Shown here piece by piece: positions 8,124 through 16,820 of a DNA stretch of 45,189 nucleotides (positions are counted from its first letter, which is position 1; the number at the start of each line of letters is the position of its first letter). Where the stretch lies: the NCBI GenBank assembly GCA_045531015.1, contig JAZSDE010000087.1, forward strand, positions 1 to 45,189, given 5' to 3'. The position numbers and the translations under genes are program-made. Source of the DNA: Faecousia sp. (GTDB taxonomy: Bacteria > Bacillota > Clostridia > Oscillospirales > Oscillospiraceae). The notes beneath the pieces are model-generated. The model was given only the letters and a program-made list of their open reading frames with translations. It did not search any database and had not been told where the DNA came from.

Positions 8124-9820
8124 TTATAGAAGGTATTGCCGCCGATGAATTCGCGCAGCAGGCTGGTGGGTGGGATCTCGTCGTCCACATCTGCTTCCTG
8201 CACATAGTTGAGGATTTTTACCAAGCCCCGGACCTGCTCGTAGCAGCTTTCCTCGGGCTGAACGGCGGTGAGCAATGGGAAAATGTGCTTTTTGATGACT
8301 GCCAGCTCGTAGAGCGTAGAGGTGTTAAAAATCACATCCGCCTGCTCCCGGAAGGGGAAGATCCACCGCTTTTCGCCACGGCGGACAGAATCCCACATAG
8401 ACATAGTGCGCTGCACCGTTGCGCCGCGACCCTCTAAATCCCGGACGATTCGCCGCAGCAGCCGCAGATGGCTGGCAGGGATCCGGTTATGGTCGTCAAG
8501 GCTGAGCGGGATCAGGGGGCAGATATAGAACTTAAAGATACTGTTCTTATCCAGCTGGGGCGGGATCAGCATCGGATTCAGGGCGTGGAGACCCTCAATA
8601 ATAATGACGGTATCCTCCCGCATTTGGAACTTATGCCCCTTCCACACACGTCTGCCGGTCTTAAAATCGAATGTAGGTATTTCGATCTCCTTGCCCTCCA
8701 AGAGGTCGGTGAGATTTTGGCGGAAAAGGTCGGTATCGATGGTGTTGATATGTTCGAAATCGATCGTACCGTCGGGGCCGGGGGCAATCTTGTCCCGGTC
8801 GATGTAATAGTCGTCCAGTCCCATCAGCACCGGCTTTTTGCCGTGGACACGGAGCTGTGTTGCCAATCGGTTTGCAGAGGTAGTCTTGCCCGACGAGCTG
8901 GGGCCTGCCAGCATCACAGCCTTTGCGCCCCGCTCACAGACCATATCCGCCACCTGGGCGTACCGCTTTTCGTGGAGCGCTTCATTGACACGAATCAGCT
9001 CCCGGATCTTGCCGCTTTCCGTCAGGGCGTTCAGATCTGCCACAGTCTCGCATTCCATCAGCTTACACCAGCGGTCACCCTCCATACAGACATCGAAGAC
9101 CCGGGGCGTTGTCTTATACTCCGCCACCTGATCAGGATAAGCATCGTCGGGATAGATGAACACAAAGCCGCCCTCCGCAGGCAGGATTTCCCACACCTGC
9201 ACATAGCCGGTGGAGGGCGCCATCTCGCCGTAATAGTAGTCGAGGAAATCCTCATAGCCGTAGCAGCCGAAGGTTTCCTCTTTGCGGAGCGAGAGAAGCC
9301 GCGCTTTATCGGTCTTACCCATCCGTGTAAAGGTCTCCACCGCGTCCGCAGTGCTGACCATCTTGCGGTTGAGCGGAATGTCTTTCGCGATCAGGTCTGC
9401 CACCTCCCGGCGCAGACGCATCCAGGAGAAGTTCTCGTCCTCCACAGAGATATATGCCGCCGAACCCAGCGTCGTACCCATCTTGGCCCGGGCATTGGGC
9501 CACAGACGGTGCAGCGCCAAGAACACCACAAAACGGGCGGTCCGTTCGTAGACTTCCTTGCCCACCGGGTCGGTATAGCGAAGAAGCTCCACCTTTCCGT
9601 CAGACGATGCCATAGCCCGGCGGATAGAGCTGCGCTCCAAAACGTCCTTTTCCCGGAGCGGAATATAGTTTAAGTTAAAAACCTCGCCTGCGATCTTGAC
9701 GGCAATGGGCCGCTGGGAAATATAATTGCTATCCAGTCCCATTTCCTCGACGATCTGCCGCAAGGACTGACCGGTCTTGGCGATTACTTCTCTTTCTTCA
9801 ATATGCAGCTTCATTGCCAC
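8120..9820 (-). CDS. Nucleoside (uridine-type) kinase with N-terminal ThrRS-like domains
   Basis: P-loop AGPSSSGKTT, LDDYY, IIIEGLHALNP, RLLRRIVRD, SLLREFIGG. Confidence 0.85.
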   Translation of the reverse strand: MAMKLHIEEREVIAKTGQSLRQIVEEMGLDSNYISQRPIAVKIAGEVFNLNYIPLREKDVLERSSIRRAMASSDGKVELLRYTDPVGKEVYERTARFVVFLALHRLWPNARAKMGTTLGSAAYISVEDENFSWMRLRREVADLIAKDIPLNRKMVSTADAVETFTRMGKTDKARLLSLRKEETFGCYGYEDFLDYYYGEMAPSTGYVQVWEILPAEGGFVFIYPDDAYPDQVAEYKTTPRVFDVCMEGDRWCKLMECETVADLNALTESGKIRELIRVNEALHEKRYAQVADMVCERGAKAVMLAGPSSSGKTTSANRLATQLRVHGKKPVLMGLDDYYIDRDKIAPGPDGTIDFEHINTIDTDLFRQNLTDLLEGKEIEIPTFDFKTGRRVWKGHKFQMREDTVIIIEGLHALNPMLIPPQLDKNSIFKFYICPLIPLSLDDHNRIPASHLRLLRRIVRDLEGRGATVQRTMSMWDSVRRGEKRWIFPFREQADVIFNTSTLYELAVIKKHIFPLLTAVQPEESCYEQVRGLVKILNYVQEADVDDEIPPTSLLREFIGGNTFYK

Positions 9821-9882
9821 ACCTCCAAGTCTTTATTTTTCTCCCAATTTCCTTTTGTGTTCCCGCTGTTGAAGCAGGCCCT

Positions 9883-10002
9883 AAAGCCTCCCTTGTGTAA
9901 AGGGAGGTGCCCCGAAGGGGCGAAGGGATTGACGGAAACAGCCCCAAACAACCCCTCAGTCAGCCTTGCGGCTGCCAGCTCCCCTTGCACAGGGGAGCCT
10001 TT
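9883..10002. repeat. Inverted pair of two-hairpin REP-like repeats
   Basis: CCTCCCTTGTGTAAAGGGAGGTGCCCCGAAGGGGCG...CAACCCCTCAG..GCTCCCCTTGCACAGGGGAGCC; related to 29997-30103. Confidence 0.85.
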
Positions 10003-10043
10003 GAGCACGCTGCATTTCCGGAAACATAAAGCTTTATTTGGAC

Positions 10044-10976
10044 TTATTTTTCTTCGCCCTCCTGACCGATGGCCATAATATCATAGGGTGTTGTCTGATA
10101 GACAAAGTAATTGAGCCAGTTGCTGAAAAGCAAGTTGGCGTGTCCCCGCCAGCGGACGATGGGCTCTTTGGTATCATCGTCATCGGGGAAGTAGTTTTTC
10201 GGCACATCAATGGGAAGCCCCTGCGCCTTATCCCGGAGATATTCCTTTTTGAGGGTATCTGCGTCGTACTCCGAGTGACCGGTAATAAAGATCTGCCGAC
10301 CCTTTTTGCTCATTGCCGCGTACACACCGGCTTCCTCGGAGGAGGCGAGAATTTTCAGGTCTGTCTTCTCAATATCCTCCCGCAGTACCGTGGTATGCCG
10401 GGAATGGGGCGCCCAAAACACATCGTCAAAGCCACGCAGCAATATGGAGCGCTTATAATCCGCGTGATGGCGGAACACACCAAAAAGCTTCTTATCGAGG
10501 GGCTTCTTTTGGACACCGTAATGGTAGTAAAGACCTGCCTGCGCGCCCCAGCAGATGTGGAGGGTGCTGTGGACATTGGTTTTCGTCCACTCCATAATTT
10601 CGCACAGCTCCTGCCAGTAGTCCACGTCCTCAAAGGCCATATTTTCCACCGGCGCGCCGGTGATGACCATTCCGTCAAATTTCCGGTGCTTCAGCTCGTC
10701 AAAGGTCTTATAGAATGTGAGCAGATGATCCTGGGATGTATTTTTGGATACATAAGTGCTGGTTTTCATCAGCTCCAGCCGCACCTGCAGGGGCGTATTT
10801 CCCAGCAGACGGCTCAGTTGGGTCTCCGTGACGATCTTGGTGGGCATCAGGTTCAGCACCACGATCTCCAGCGGACGGATGTCCTGGGTGCTGGCTCTGC
10901 CCTCTTTCATAACGAATATATTTTCCTGCTGCAGTGCTTCTGCTGCCGGCAGGTCGTTGGGTATTTGAATGGGCAT
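10044..10976 (-). CDS. metA: Homoserine O-acyltransferase MetA
   Basis: [39 protein letters not shown]. Confidence 0.96.
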   Translation of the reverse strand: MPIQIPNDLPAAEALQQENIFVMKEGRASTQDIRPLEIVVLNLMPTKIVTETQLSRLLGNTPLQVRLELMKTSTYVSKNTSQDHLLTFYKTFDELKHRKFDGMVITGAPVENMAFEDVDYWQELCEIMEWTKTNVHSTLHICWGAQAGLYYHYGVQKKPLDKKLFGVFRHHADYKRSILLRGFDDVFWAPHSRHTTVLREDIEKTDLKILASSEEAGVYAAMSKKGRQIFITGHSEYDADTLKKEYLRDKAQGLPIDVPKNYFPDDDDTKEPIVRWRGHANLLFSNWLNYFVYQTTPYDIMAIGQEGEEK

Positions 10977-11009
10977 ACAGTCGCCCTCCTCTTTGCTTGT
11001 CTTTTTATT

Positions 11010-11038
11010 ATTTTATCCCAAGGCGCCAATATTGTCAA
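11010..11038 (-). promoter_or_regulatory. sigma-A promoter for metA embedded in spoIID 3' end
   Basis: TTGACA-17-TAAAAT; overlaps codons IDNIGALG-stop. Confidence 0.7.
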
Positions 11039-11948
11039 TTCCCTGCAGTTTCGTGCCCGGGTAGTAATGGGCGAGGATGTCGGCATAATCGTTGCCGTCT
11101 ACTGCCATCGCTTCCGCGCCGTCCTGACTTAGCCCCACCCGGTGGCCAAAGCCCTTTGTGGTGATAGATACGGAGCTTCCCACGACAGTGATTACAAAGG
11201 CGGTAGAACGCAATTTCAGCTTCTGCCGCACTGTGGTGCCCTTATATTCCGTGCCGCCGATCTCGATGGTGGCAACACCGCCGCCCTTTGTATAGGTGAT
11301 CTTCCCGATCCAGGAGCCGGGTGAGCCGGAAAGGCCGCCAAAGGCAGCCGCAAATTCCCCGGCAGACATCGTGACCGTTTTCATATAGTCGGAGGAGTTT
11401 TCCTCACCGGGGCTTGCTACAGACTGCAAATACGGTACATCTGCGCCCCAAACCGCTGCTGCATCCTCTGTTCTGCCACCGGAGCAGGAAAAATAGGTGG
11501 CTTCGATCAGCTCTCCCTCATAGGTTACTACTTGTCCTGCGGTAGACAGCACTGCCTGCCGTACCTTTTCGCTGAATTTTGCACTGCCGGTATAATCTTC
11601 CGGCGCTACATAGGCCTGACAGCAGCCGTAATCGGTGCAGATATTGGCATTTTCGTGGCGTTTTGTCCGCAGCGCATAGGTACGCGCCGCCACTGCTTGG
11701 GCTTTCAGCGCCTCGACTTCATAGCTCGCCGGCATTTCCGCCAGCACAACGCCCCATATGTAGTCCTCTAAATCCATCCCTTTCACGTTGCCATCCGTCA
11801 TCAGGACCTGAAAATCTCCCGTAGATGGGGCTGGTTCTGTGGAAAAAATGGGCGGCAGCTCCCAGTTTGGCCGGCAAGCCAGCAGCATCGTTAAACACGG
11901 CAGCAGCACGCCAAGTATAAGCGCGATATGAAGTTCCTTATTTTTCAT
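11013..11948 (-). CDS. spoIID: Stage II sporulation protein D (SpoIID/LytB)
   Basis: GVVLAEMPAS..EALKAQAVAARTY, CCQAY, GFGHRVGLSQ, ILAHYYPG; start at ATG 11948 after GGAGG. Confidence 0.9.
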   Translation of the reverse strand: MKNKELHIALILGVLLPCLTMLLACRPNWELPPIFSTEPAPSTGDFQVLMTDGNVKGMDLEDYIWGVVLAEMPASYEVEALKAQAVAARTYALRTKRHENANICTDYGCCQAYVAPEDYTGSAKFSEKVRQAVLSTAGQVVTYEGELIEATYFSCSGGRTEDAAAVWGADVPYLQSVASPGEENSSDYMKTVTMSAGEFAAAFGGLSGSPGSWIGKITYTKGGGVATIEIGGTEYKGTTVRQKLKLRSTAFVITVVGSSVSITTKGFGHRVGLSQDGAEAMAVDGNDYADILAHYYPGTKLQGIDNIGALG

Positions 11949-12037
11949 AGTGATCCCTCCCGCTTTCATTGTAACGGTCGGCTTGTCCGCCGTTCGTCGA
12001 AAGGACTAAGCTACATCGTAAAGATTTATCGCAAGGG

Positions 12038-12066
12038 TTGACAGCGACCTGTATATTTCGTATAAT
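12038..12066 (+). promoter_or_regulatory. Consensus sigma-A promoter of LRR gene
   Basis: TTGACA-17-TATAAT, perfect match. Confidence 0.85.
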
Positions 12067-12096
12067 TTAGACACAAATTCCGAAACGGAGTGTATT

Positions 12097-13803
12097 ATGA
12101 AGCGGTTTATTAAAGCACTTACTGTGATCCTCCTTGCCGCAGCTATCGTGCTGGGCACAGTGTGGTATTTTTTAGAATATGACCCGGATTTTACCCACGA
12201 TATGCTGGTTCGGGGCGCCCGATTCTTTGAAGATCAGGGTTACCCTACCATCTCCACCTGGATGTATGACCGGGCCTATAAGTACGGGCAAAGCATCGAG
12301 CAGATCTCTCTGGAACTGGCAGATTATTATGAATCTGTGGGCAATTACGCAAAGGTGGAAGAGACCTTGCTGCGCGCTATCCGGGATGGTGGCGGTGTCA
12401 ATGTCTACCTTGCGCTGAGCCGCACTTTTGTTGCGCAGGATAAGCTTTTGGATGCCCATCAGTTAATCGAAAACGCCACCCCCGAAATTAAGGAAAAGCT
12501 GAATCTTTTGCGGCCTGCGGCACCTGCGCCTGACTCCCCCGCCGGTCATTACGACACCTATCTTTCCCTTAGGTTCCTGTCGGATGGCGGAAAGGTCTAC
12601 GTCTCCGGCAATGACTTTCCCTCTATCGGCCGGGATCTGCACACGGAGGCTGTGACCTTAAATGCCGGCGAAAATGTGTTTTACGTTTTGGCAGTGGGTG
12701 AAAACGGCTTGGTCAGTCCCCTGACCGAGCACCGCTACACCGTAAAGGGCGTTGTGGAGCAGGTGGTATTTTCTGACCCGGCAATGGGCAGCGCCATCCG
12801 GGAGGCTGCCGGTTTTCTGGAGGGTACTACGATCTATACAAACGACCTGTGGGAAATTAAAGAATTTACTGTTCCCGCAGGTGCCATCAGTCTTGAAGAT
12901 CTGAAATACCTGCCTTATTTGGAATCCCTTACGATTGCAAACTGTCAGGCTCCGCTGACACCGCTGGGTGGCTTAACAGAGCTGAAAACCCTCACTGTAA
13001 AGCGGTCTATCGTAGAAGCAGAGGGCCTCGGGGCTATTTTCGGACTTTCCAAGCTGGAAACTCTGACCCTCCGTGGCTGCTCTCTCTCCTCCGTTTCCGG
13101 CATTGAGGCTCTGACACAGCTGACTGCACTGGATTTAGGAGAGAACGTGCTGCGGGATTTGACGCCGATTTCTACCTTGACAGGCTTACAGACCTTAAAG
13201 CTGGATAACAATGCGGTTACGGAGCTTACTGCACTAAATAGTCTAAAAGCCCTCCGGGAGTTGGATCTTTCTTACAATTCTATCACAAATATTTCCCAGC
13301 TTCAAGGCTTAACCGGACTGCAAAGCCTGAATCTGAGCAACAATCAGATAAAAGATGTGCAGACCCTCAGCAAACTGGGCGAACTGACCTCCCTTAATCT
13401 GTCCTACAATAAGATCTCCGCTGCAACTTACTTGTCTGCTTGCAAGAAGCTCACCGAGCTGGACATCTCCAACAACACCATTTCCAGCATCTATACCTAC
13501 AGTCAGCTGACGGCTTTGGAAACCCTGAATTTCTCCAACAATAAGATCTCTTCCATTCCCGCTTTCCCCAAGGACTGCGCCCTGACCACCGTTGTCGGCA
13601 CAAAGTGCTCGATTACCAGCATTGAAAATTTAGCAGGACTTAAGAATCTTAACAGCGTTACGTTGGACTATAACGGGAGCCTGAAAAACATTTCTAACTT
13701 AAGCAAATGCCCCCGGCTTGTGATGGTCAGTGTCTACGGCACCAAGGTCAAGGATGTGAAAGCCCTCACAAATAACAACGTTGTGGTTTATTACACACCG
13801 TAA
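12097..13803 (+). CDS. Membrane-anchored leucine-rich repeat (internalin-like) protein
   Basis: N-terminal TM, helical TPR-like region, beta-rich linker, many 22-aa LxxLxLxxNxIxxI repeats. Confidence 0.85.
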   Translation: MKRFIKALTVILLAAAIVLGTVWYFLEYDPDFTHDMLVRGARFFEDQGYPTISTWMYDRAYKYGQSIEQISLELADYYESVGNYAKVEETLLRAIRDGGGVNVYLALSRTFVAQDKLLDAHQLIENATPEIKEKLNLLRPAAPAPDSPAGHYDTYLSLRFLSDGGKVYVSGNDFPSIGRDLHTEAVTLNAGENVFYVLAVGENGLVSPLTEHRYTVKGVVEQVVFSDPAMGSAIREAAGFLEGTTIYTNDLWEIKEFTVPAGAISLEDLKYLPYLESLTIANCQAPLTPLGGLTELKTLTVKRSIVEAEGLGAIFGLSKLETLTLRGCSLSSVSGIEALTQLTALDLGENVLRDLTPISTLTGLQTLKLDNNAVTELTALNSLKALRELDLSYNSITNISQLQGLTGLQSLNLSNNQIKDVQTLSKLGELTSLNLSYNKISAATYLSACKKLTELDISNNTISSIYTYSQLTALETLNFSNNKISSIPAFPKDCALTTVVGTKCSITSIENLAGLKNLNSVTLDYNGSLKNISNLSKCPRLVMVSVYGTKVKDVKALTNNNVVVYYTP

Positions 13804-13810
13804 ACAGTCG

Positions 13811-13841
13811 CCCCGCCTCCCGGAATCAGGAGGCGGGGTTT
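13811..13841 (+). terminator. Intrinsic terminator
   Basis: CCCCGCCTCC-loop-GGAGGCGGGG followed by TTT. Confidence 0.7.
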
Positions 13842-13893
13842 CCTTAGCAAAAAACAAGTCCTATTATAAATTTAATAACGAATAACAAAAAGA

Positions 13894-13934
13894 TGTCACC
13901 TTTTGCCCACCTCATCACATATATAGAGTGAAAG
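13894..13934 (+). promoter_or_regulatory. Candidate ECF-sigma promoter
   Basis: TGTCACC...ACATATATAGAGTGAAAG, same layout as 4739-4777. Confidence 0.4.
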
Positions 13935-13950
13935 ACAATAAAAATGTGTT

Positions 13951-13972
13951 GGAGGTGATACCAATGGCGTAA
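13951..13972 (+). other. Micro-uORF (Met-Ala-stop) with strong SD
   Basis: GGAGGTGA-TACCA-ATG GCG TAA. Confidence 0.45.
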
Positions 13973-14037
13973 ATACAGATACAATGCTCCTAAATAGGCA
14001 CACTGTTTTTCTATCCACTCACAAAGGAGATATAAAT

Positions 14038-14538
14038 ATGCGCAAACAAATTGTATGCTGTTTATTGATTAGCGTCTTGCTATTGGCGATTATAAATATA
14101 AGCCTTGTTTTTTCCGAAGAAGCTGCAAACACCGAAAAAGTCGAAAACAAAATTTCAGATCCTGCACCTATCGAGGATAATTTTGAAGATAACCGCATAT
14201 TGGTAGTCATAACCCACGAAGAAAGCCTGAAATTTAAGAACTATTCTGAAAAGGATTTCCCCGAAATTGCTTGTAAATCTGTTGAGAATTTATCTACCGC
14301 GGCAGCAGAAAGGGTGCAGGCAAAGCTACGGGGTGAACAGCTTGACGAATCGGACATTAATGCTGCTTTTATGAATCGAAATGTAAAGGTCGAGAAATTT
14401 AAGACCATTCTCTGCTTGGAATTGGAAACACCGGGTAAAGAAAATGTACTTAAAGCAGTGGAATTATTACAGAAGCGGGAAGACATCTATAGTGTCTCCC
14501 CAAACTATTTCCTTTCTTTTGATATGGCAGAACCGTGA
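14038..14538 (+). CDS. Secreted protein resembling a stand-alone S8 subtilase N-terminal prodomain
   Basis: Signal/TM; FEDNRILVV..DFPEI..ILCLEL..GKENVLKAVELLQKREDIYSVSPNY, then stop; AAGGAG RBS. Confidence 0.55.
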   Translation: MRKQIVCCLLISVLLLAIINISLVFSEEAANTEKVENKISDPAPIEDNFEDNRILVVITHEESLKFKNYSEKDFPEIACKSVENLSTAAAERVQAKLRGEQLDESDINAAFMNRNVKVEKFKTILCLELETPGKENVLKAVELLQKREDIYSVSPNYFLSFDMAEP

Positions 14539-14603
14539 TCCGCATGATTTACCAATAAACAAACCGGTCATTTCTGTTAGTTATTCTTAAGGAGTTGGTA
14601 CCT

Positions 14604-15155
14604 ATGAAAACAAAAAGAAGTATTATTCTTTTTTTGGTGATACTGATGTTGCTACCTATGGCCTTGGCTGGCTGTAAGGGCTTTCTGCCCCTTTCAGCAA
14701 AAAGAAAAGCGGAAATAGAAGATGCTTTTATGAAAGTAGCCCATAAAGAACTTTGCTGGTGGGATGAAAACGGTTACGATAGAATACCAACACTCTTTCG
14801 GTATTTCGACACTTATGGGGACTGCATCGTTTTGTTGCGGTACACCTCGACGCCTTCAGATTTGCTAGGCAATCCGATTGATCCACCTTACATATTGGAC
14901 TACTTAACTCGCCCTGTGGAATATCCTGCTTCTGTTTGCTCAATAGGGAATAGAGTTATCGGCGAAATTTGGCTCTTTAACACTGACCCCAACTGTCCAA
15001 ATACATCCAATAATGCAGATTATCCTCACGATTTAGATGCCCCGCTTGCGACGATGCAAAATTTGCATAATATGGGCTTGACGTGGCTCACGAATGAGGA
15101 ACTGGAACAGCTCACAACGGATTTGGAAAACTGGATTGCAGAAGGTAACTACTAA
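14604..15155 (+). CDS. Hypothetical lipoprotein
   Basis: MKTKR + hydrophobic stretch + LAGC lipobox; AAGGAG RBS. Confidence 0.7.
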   Translation: MKTKRSIILFLVILMLLPMALAGCKGFLPLSAKRKAEIEDAFMKVAHKELCWWDENGYDRIPTLFRYFDTYGDCIVLLRYTSTPSDLLGNPIDPPYILDYLTRPVEYPASVCSIGNRVIGEIWLFNTDPNCPNTSNNADYPHDLDAPLATMQNLHNMGLTWLTNEELEQLTTDLENWIAEGNY

Positions 15156-15159
15156 AACT

Positions 15160-15189
15160 GACTGCCCCACCGAACAGCGTGGGGCAGTC
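15160..15189 (+). terminator. Hairpin / probable terminator
   Basis: GACTGCCCCAC-loop-GTGGGGCAGTC; weak U tail. Confidence 0.55.
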
Positions 15190-15195
15190 TCCCTA

Positions 15196-15223
15196 TTGAA
15201 AATATAGGATAATCGGATATAAT
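15196..15223 (+). promoter_or_regulatory. sigma-A promoter for second ECF gene
   Basis: TTGAAA-16-TATAAT. Confidence 0.55.
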
Positions 15224-15277
15224 TTGATTATACAAAGTCTTTTGTTTGTGAAAAAAATCAAGTGTAGGAGGTGCTGG

Positions 15278-15769
15278 ATGTTTATGAAAGCGGAACAAAC
15301 CGCATTTTTTAACAAATATTATCTCGAAAAACGAAGATTTCTGTTGGAATACGCGGACAGCTCTCTACATAATTATGCCCTGTCGGAAGAGGCCGTACAG
15401 CAAGCCTTTGAGATTGCCTGGCGTAAAATTGACGATTTTTACAGCAGTCCCAATCCCGGCGGTTGGCTCACAAAGGTATTGGATTTTGTTATCCGAAATA
15501 TACAAAGCCGCCAATGGACCGAGCAGCATTTCATTGTTCCAATGGACACATACCGTCCCGATCTTGTTGCCGCGCCGGACACACCCCAGTCCTTGCGACT
15601 GACCTACGGGCATTTGGTGGACACGCCCCAGTTCCGACTGGTCTATGCATCAGAAATCGAAGGACGCACCTTTAAGGAGATTGCCAGCGGCTTAGGGATC
15701 AGTGAGAATACCTGCAAAAAGCGGGCAGAACGCGCGAAAAAATACTTACGGAAAAAACTGAGAAGATAG
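15278..15769 (+). CDS. ECF-type sigma-70 factor
   Basis: SEEAVQQAFEIAW..NPGGWL (region 2); EGRTFKEIASGLGISENTCKKRAERAK (region 4 HTH); AGGAGGTG RBS. Confidence 0.85.
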   Translation: MFMKAEQTAFFNKYYLEKRRFLLEYADSSLHNYALSEEAVQQAFEIAWRKIDDFYSSPNPGGWLTKVLDFVIRNIQSRQWTEQHFIVPMDTYRPDLVAAPDTPQSLRLTYGHLVDTPQFRLVYASEIEGRTFKEIASGLGISENTCKKRAERAKKYLRKKLRR

Positions 15770-15796
15770 TGCGAAGGAGAAAGGAGGAAAAGAACA

Positions 15797-16606
15797 ATGT
15801 CCGAACTCGAAAAGTGCGGAGATCACTCCCGTTTTGATTCTATGTCTACAGAGGAATTGCAAGAGATCCTGCGCAAGCATACAAACGGGGAGTTAGAAAC
15901 AGACCCGGACACCGACGACTTGTTTGCTATTATGGAGGTGCTGTCAAACAGACGGCAAGAAGAAAACCCACAGGCATTCCGCTCCAACGAGGAAGCATTT
16001 GCTGAATTTCAGCAATACTATATGCCGACTAAAAAAACAAAGAGAGCATCCTATCTGCCCCACCTGCCAAAAGCGGTAGCTGCGGTACTGATTTTGACGA
16101 TTGGTATATCCGTAATAATGGCATCCCTCCATTTCGGTATTTGGGGTCAATTTGCAAACTGGACCGGTGGCATTTTGCAATCCACAGATATGCCCCTTAA
16201 ACCGAATAAATCATTTTCTGCGGAATACAGGCAACTGCGGGAAATTTTGGCAGCGCACAACATTGACGAGAAGATTGCACCCGCTTGGCTGCCTGATGGA
16301 TATAAGCACAAGGATATCGCGGTCGTAGAAGCTTCTTCAGACACATCTATAACAGCAATAACCGCAATTTACGAAAACGGCAATACGGAATTACGCATTC
16401 AGATCCTGCGGGCAGGCAAAATAAGCGCAGATCAAATTGTGATAAATGGTTCCTTGCTTGAAGCTTACACCGTAGACAACACAACATATTACATTTCCTC
16501 ACAAAATGAAACCTTGCAAACAGTATGGATCAGCGGAGGATTGAAATTGCAGATTATTGGTGAGATTACCATAGATGAAATGAAGGCGATGATCGATTCT
16601 ATCTGA
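15797..16606 (+). CDS. Putative anti-sigma factor, DUF4367-like
   Basis: Follows ECF; cytoplasmic N-terminus, TM, PAWLPDGY motif, C-terminal W...IIGEITIDEMKAMIDSI. Confidence 0.75.
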   Translation: MSELEKCGDHSRFDSMSTEELQEILRKHTNGELETDPDTDDLFAIMEVLSNRRQEENPQAFRSNEEAFAEFQQYYMPTKKTKRASYLPHLPKAVAAVLILTIGISVIMASLHFGIWGQFANWTGGILQSTDMPLKPNKSFSAEYRQLREILAAHNIDEKIAPAWLPDGYKHKDIAVVEASSDTSITAITAIYENGNTELRIQILRAGKISADQIVINGSLLEAYTVDNTTYYISSQNETLQTVWISGGLKLQIIGEITIDEMKAMIDSI

Positions 16607-16652
16607 AAATATAGGAATATAGGTGTTCCCTATCTTTCCGGCAAATAAACTT

Positions 16653-16774
16653 GTAGGGGCGAGCATCGCTCGTCCGCTTGTACCATATTATGCTGCAGAA
16701 ACGGACGGCCAATGGCCGCCCCTACGGATTCTATCGAACATTTTTTAAGGACACCCGAGGACTGGTGTCCCTAC
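16653..16774. repeat. Three GTAG-type REPs (one inverted doublet plus a single)
   Basis: 16653-16677 is the exact reverse complement of 8099-8123; 16702-16725; 16749-16774. Confidence 0.85.
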
Positions 16775-16820
16775 GCGTTTTTTTCGGTGGTGCGGTATGC
16801 TTAAACGCCCTGACGATTTG

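Noticed and set aside
7886-8437. 183-aa ORF, and similar ORFs at 9803-10078, 9811-10008, 16678-16980, 21765-22124, 21792-22043, 23828-24109 and 23862-24101
   Set aside because: They run through GC-rich palindromic repeats or antisense to real genes, with no convincing RBS or protein motifs.
4600-16620. Prophage or ICE spanning both islets
   Set aside because: No integrase, relaxase or phage structural genes, and housekeeping genes (kinase, metA, spoIID) lie between the islets.
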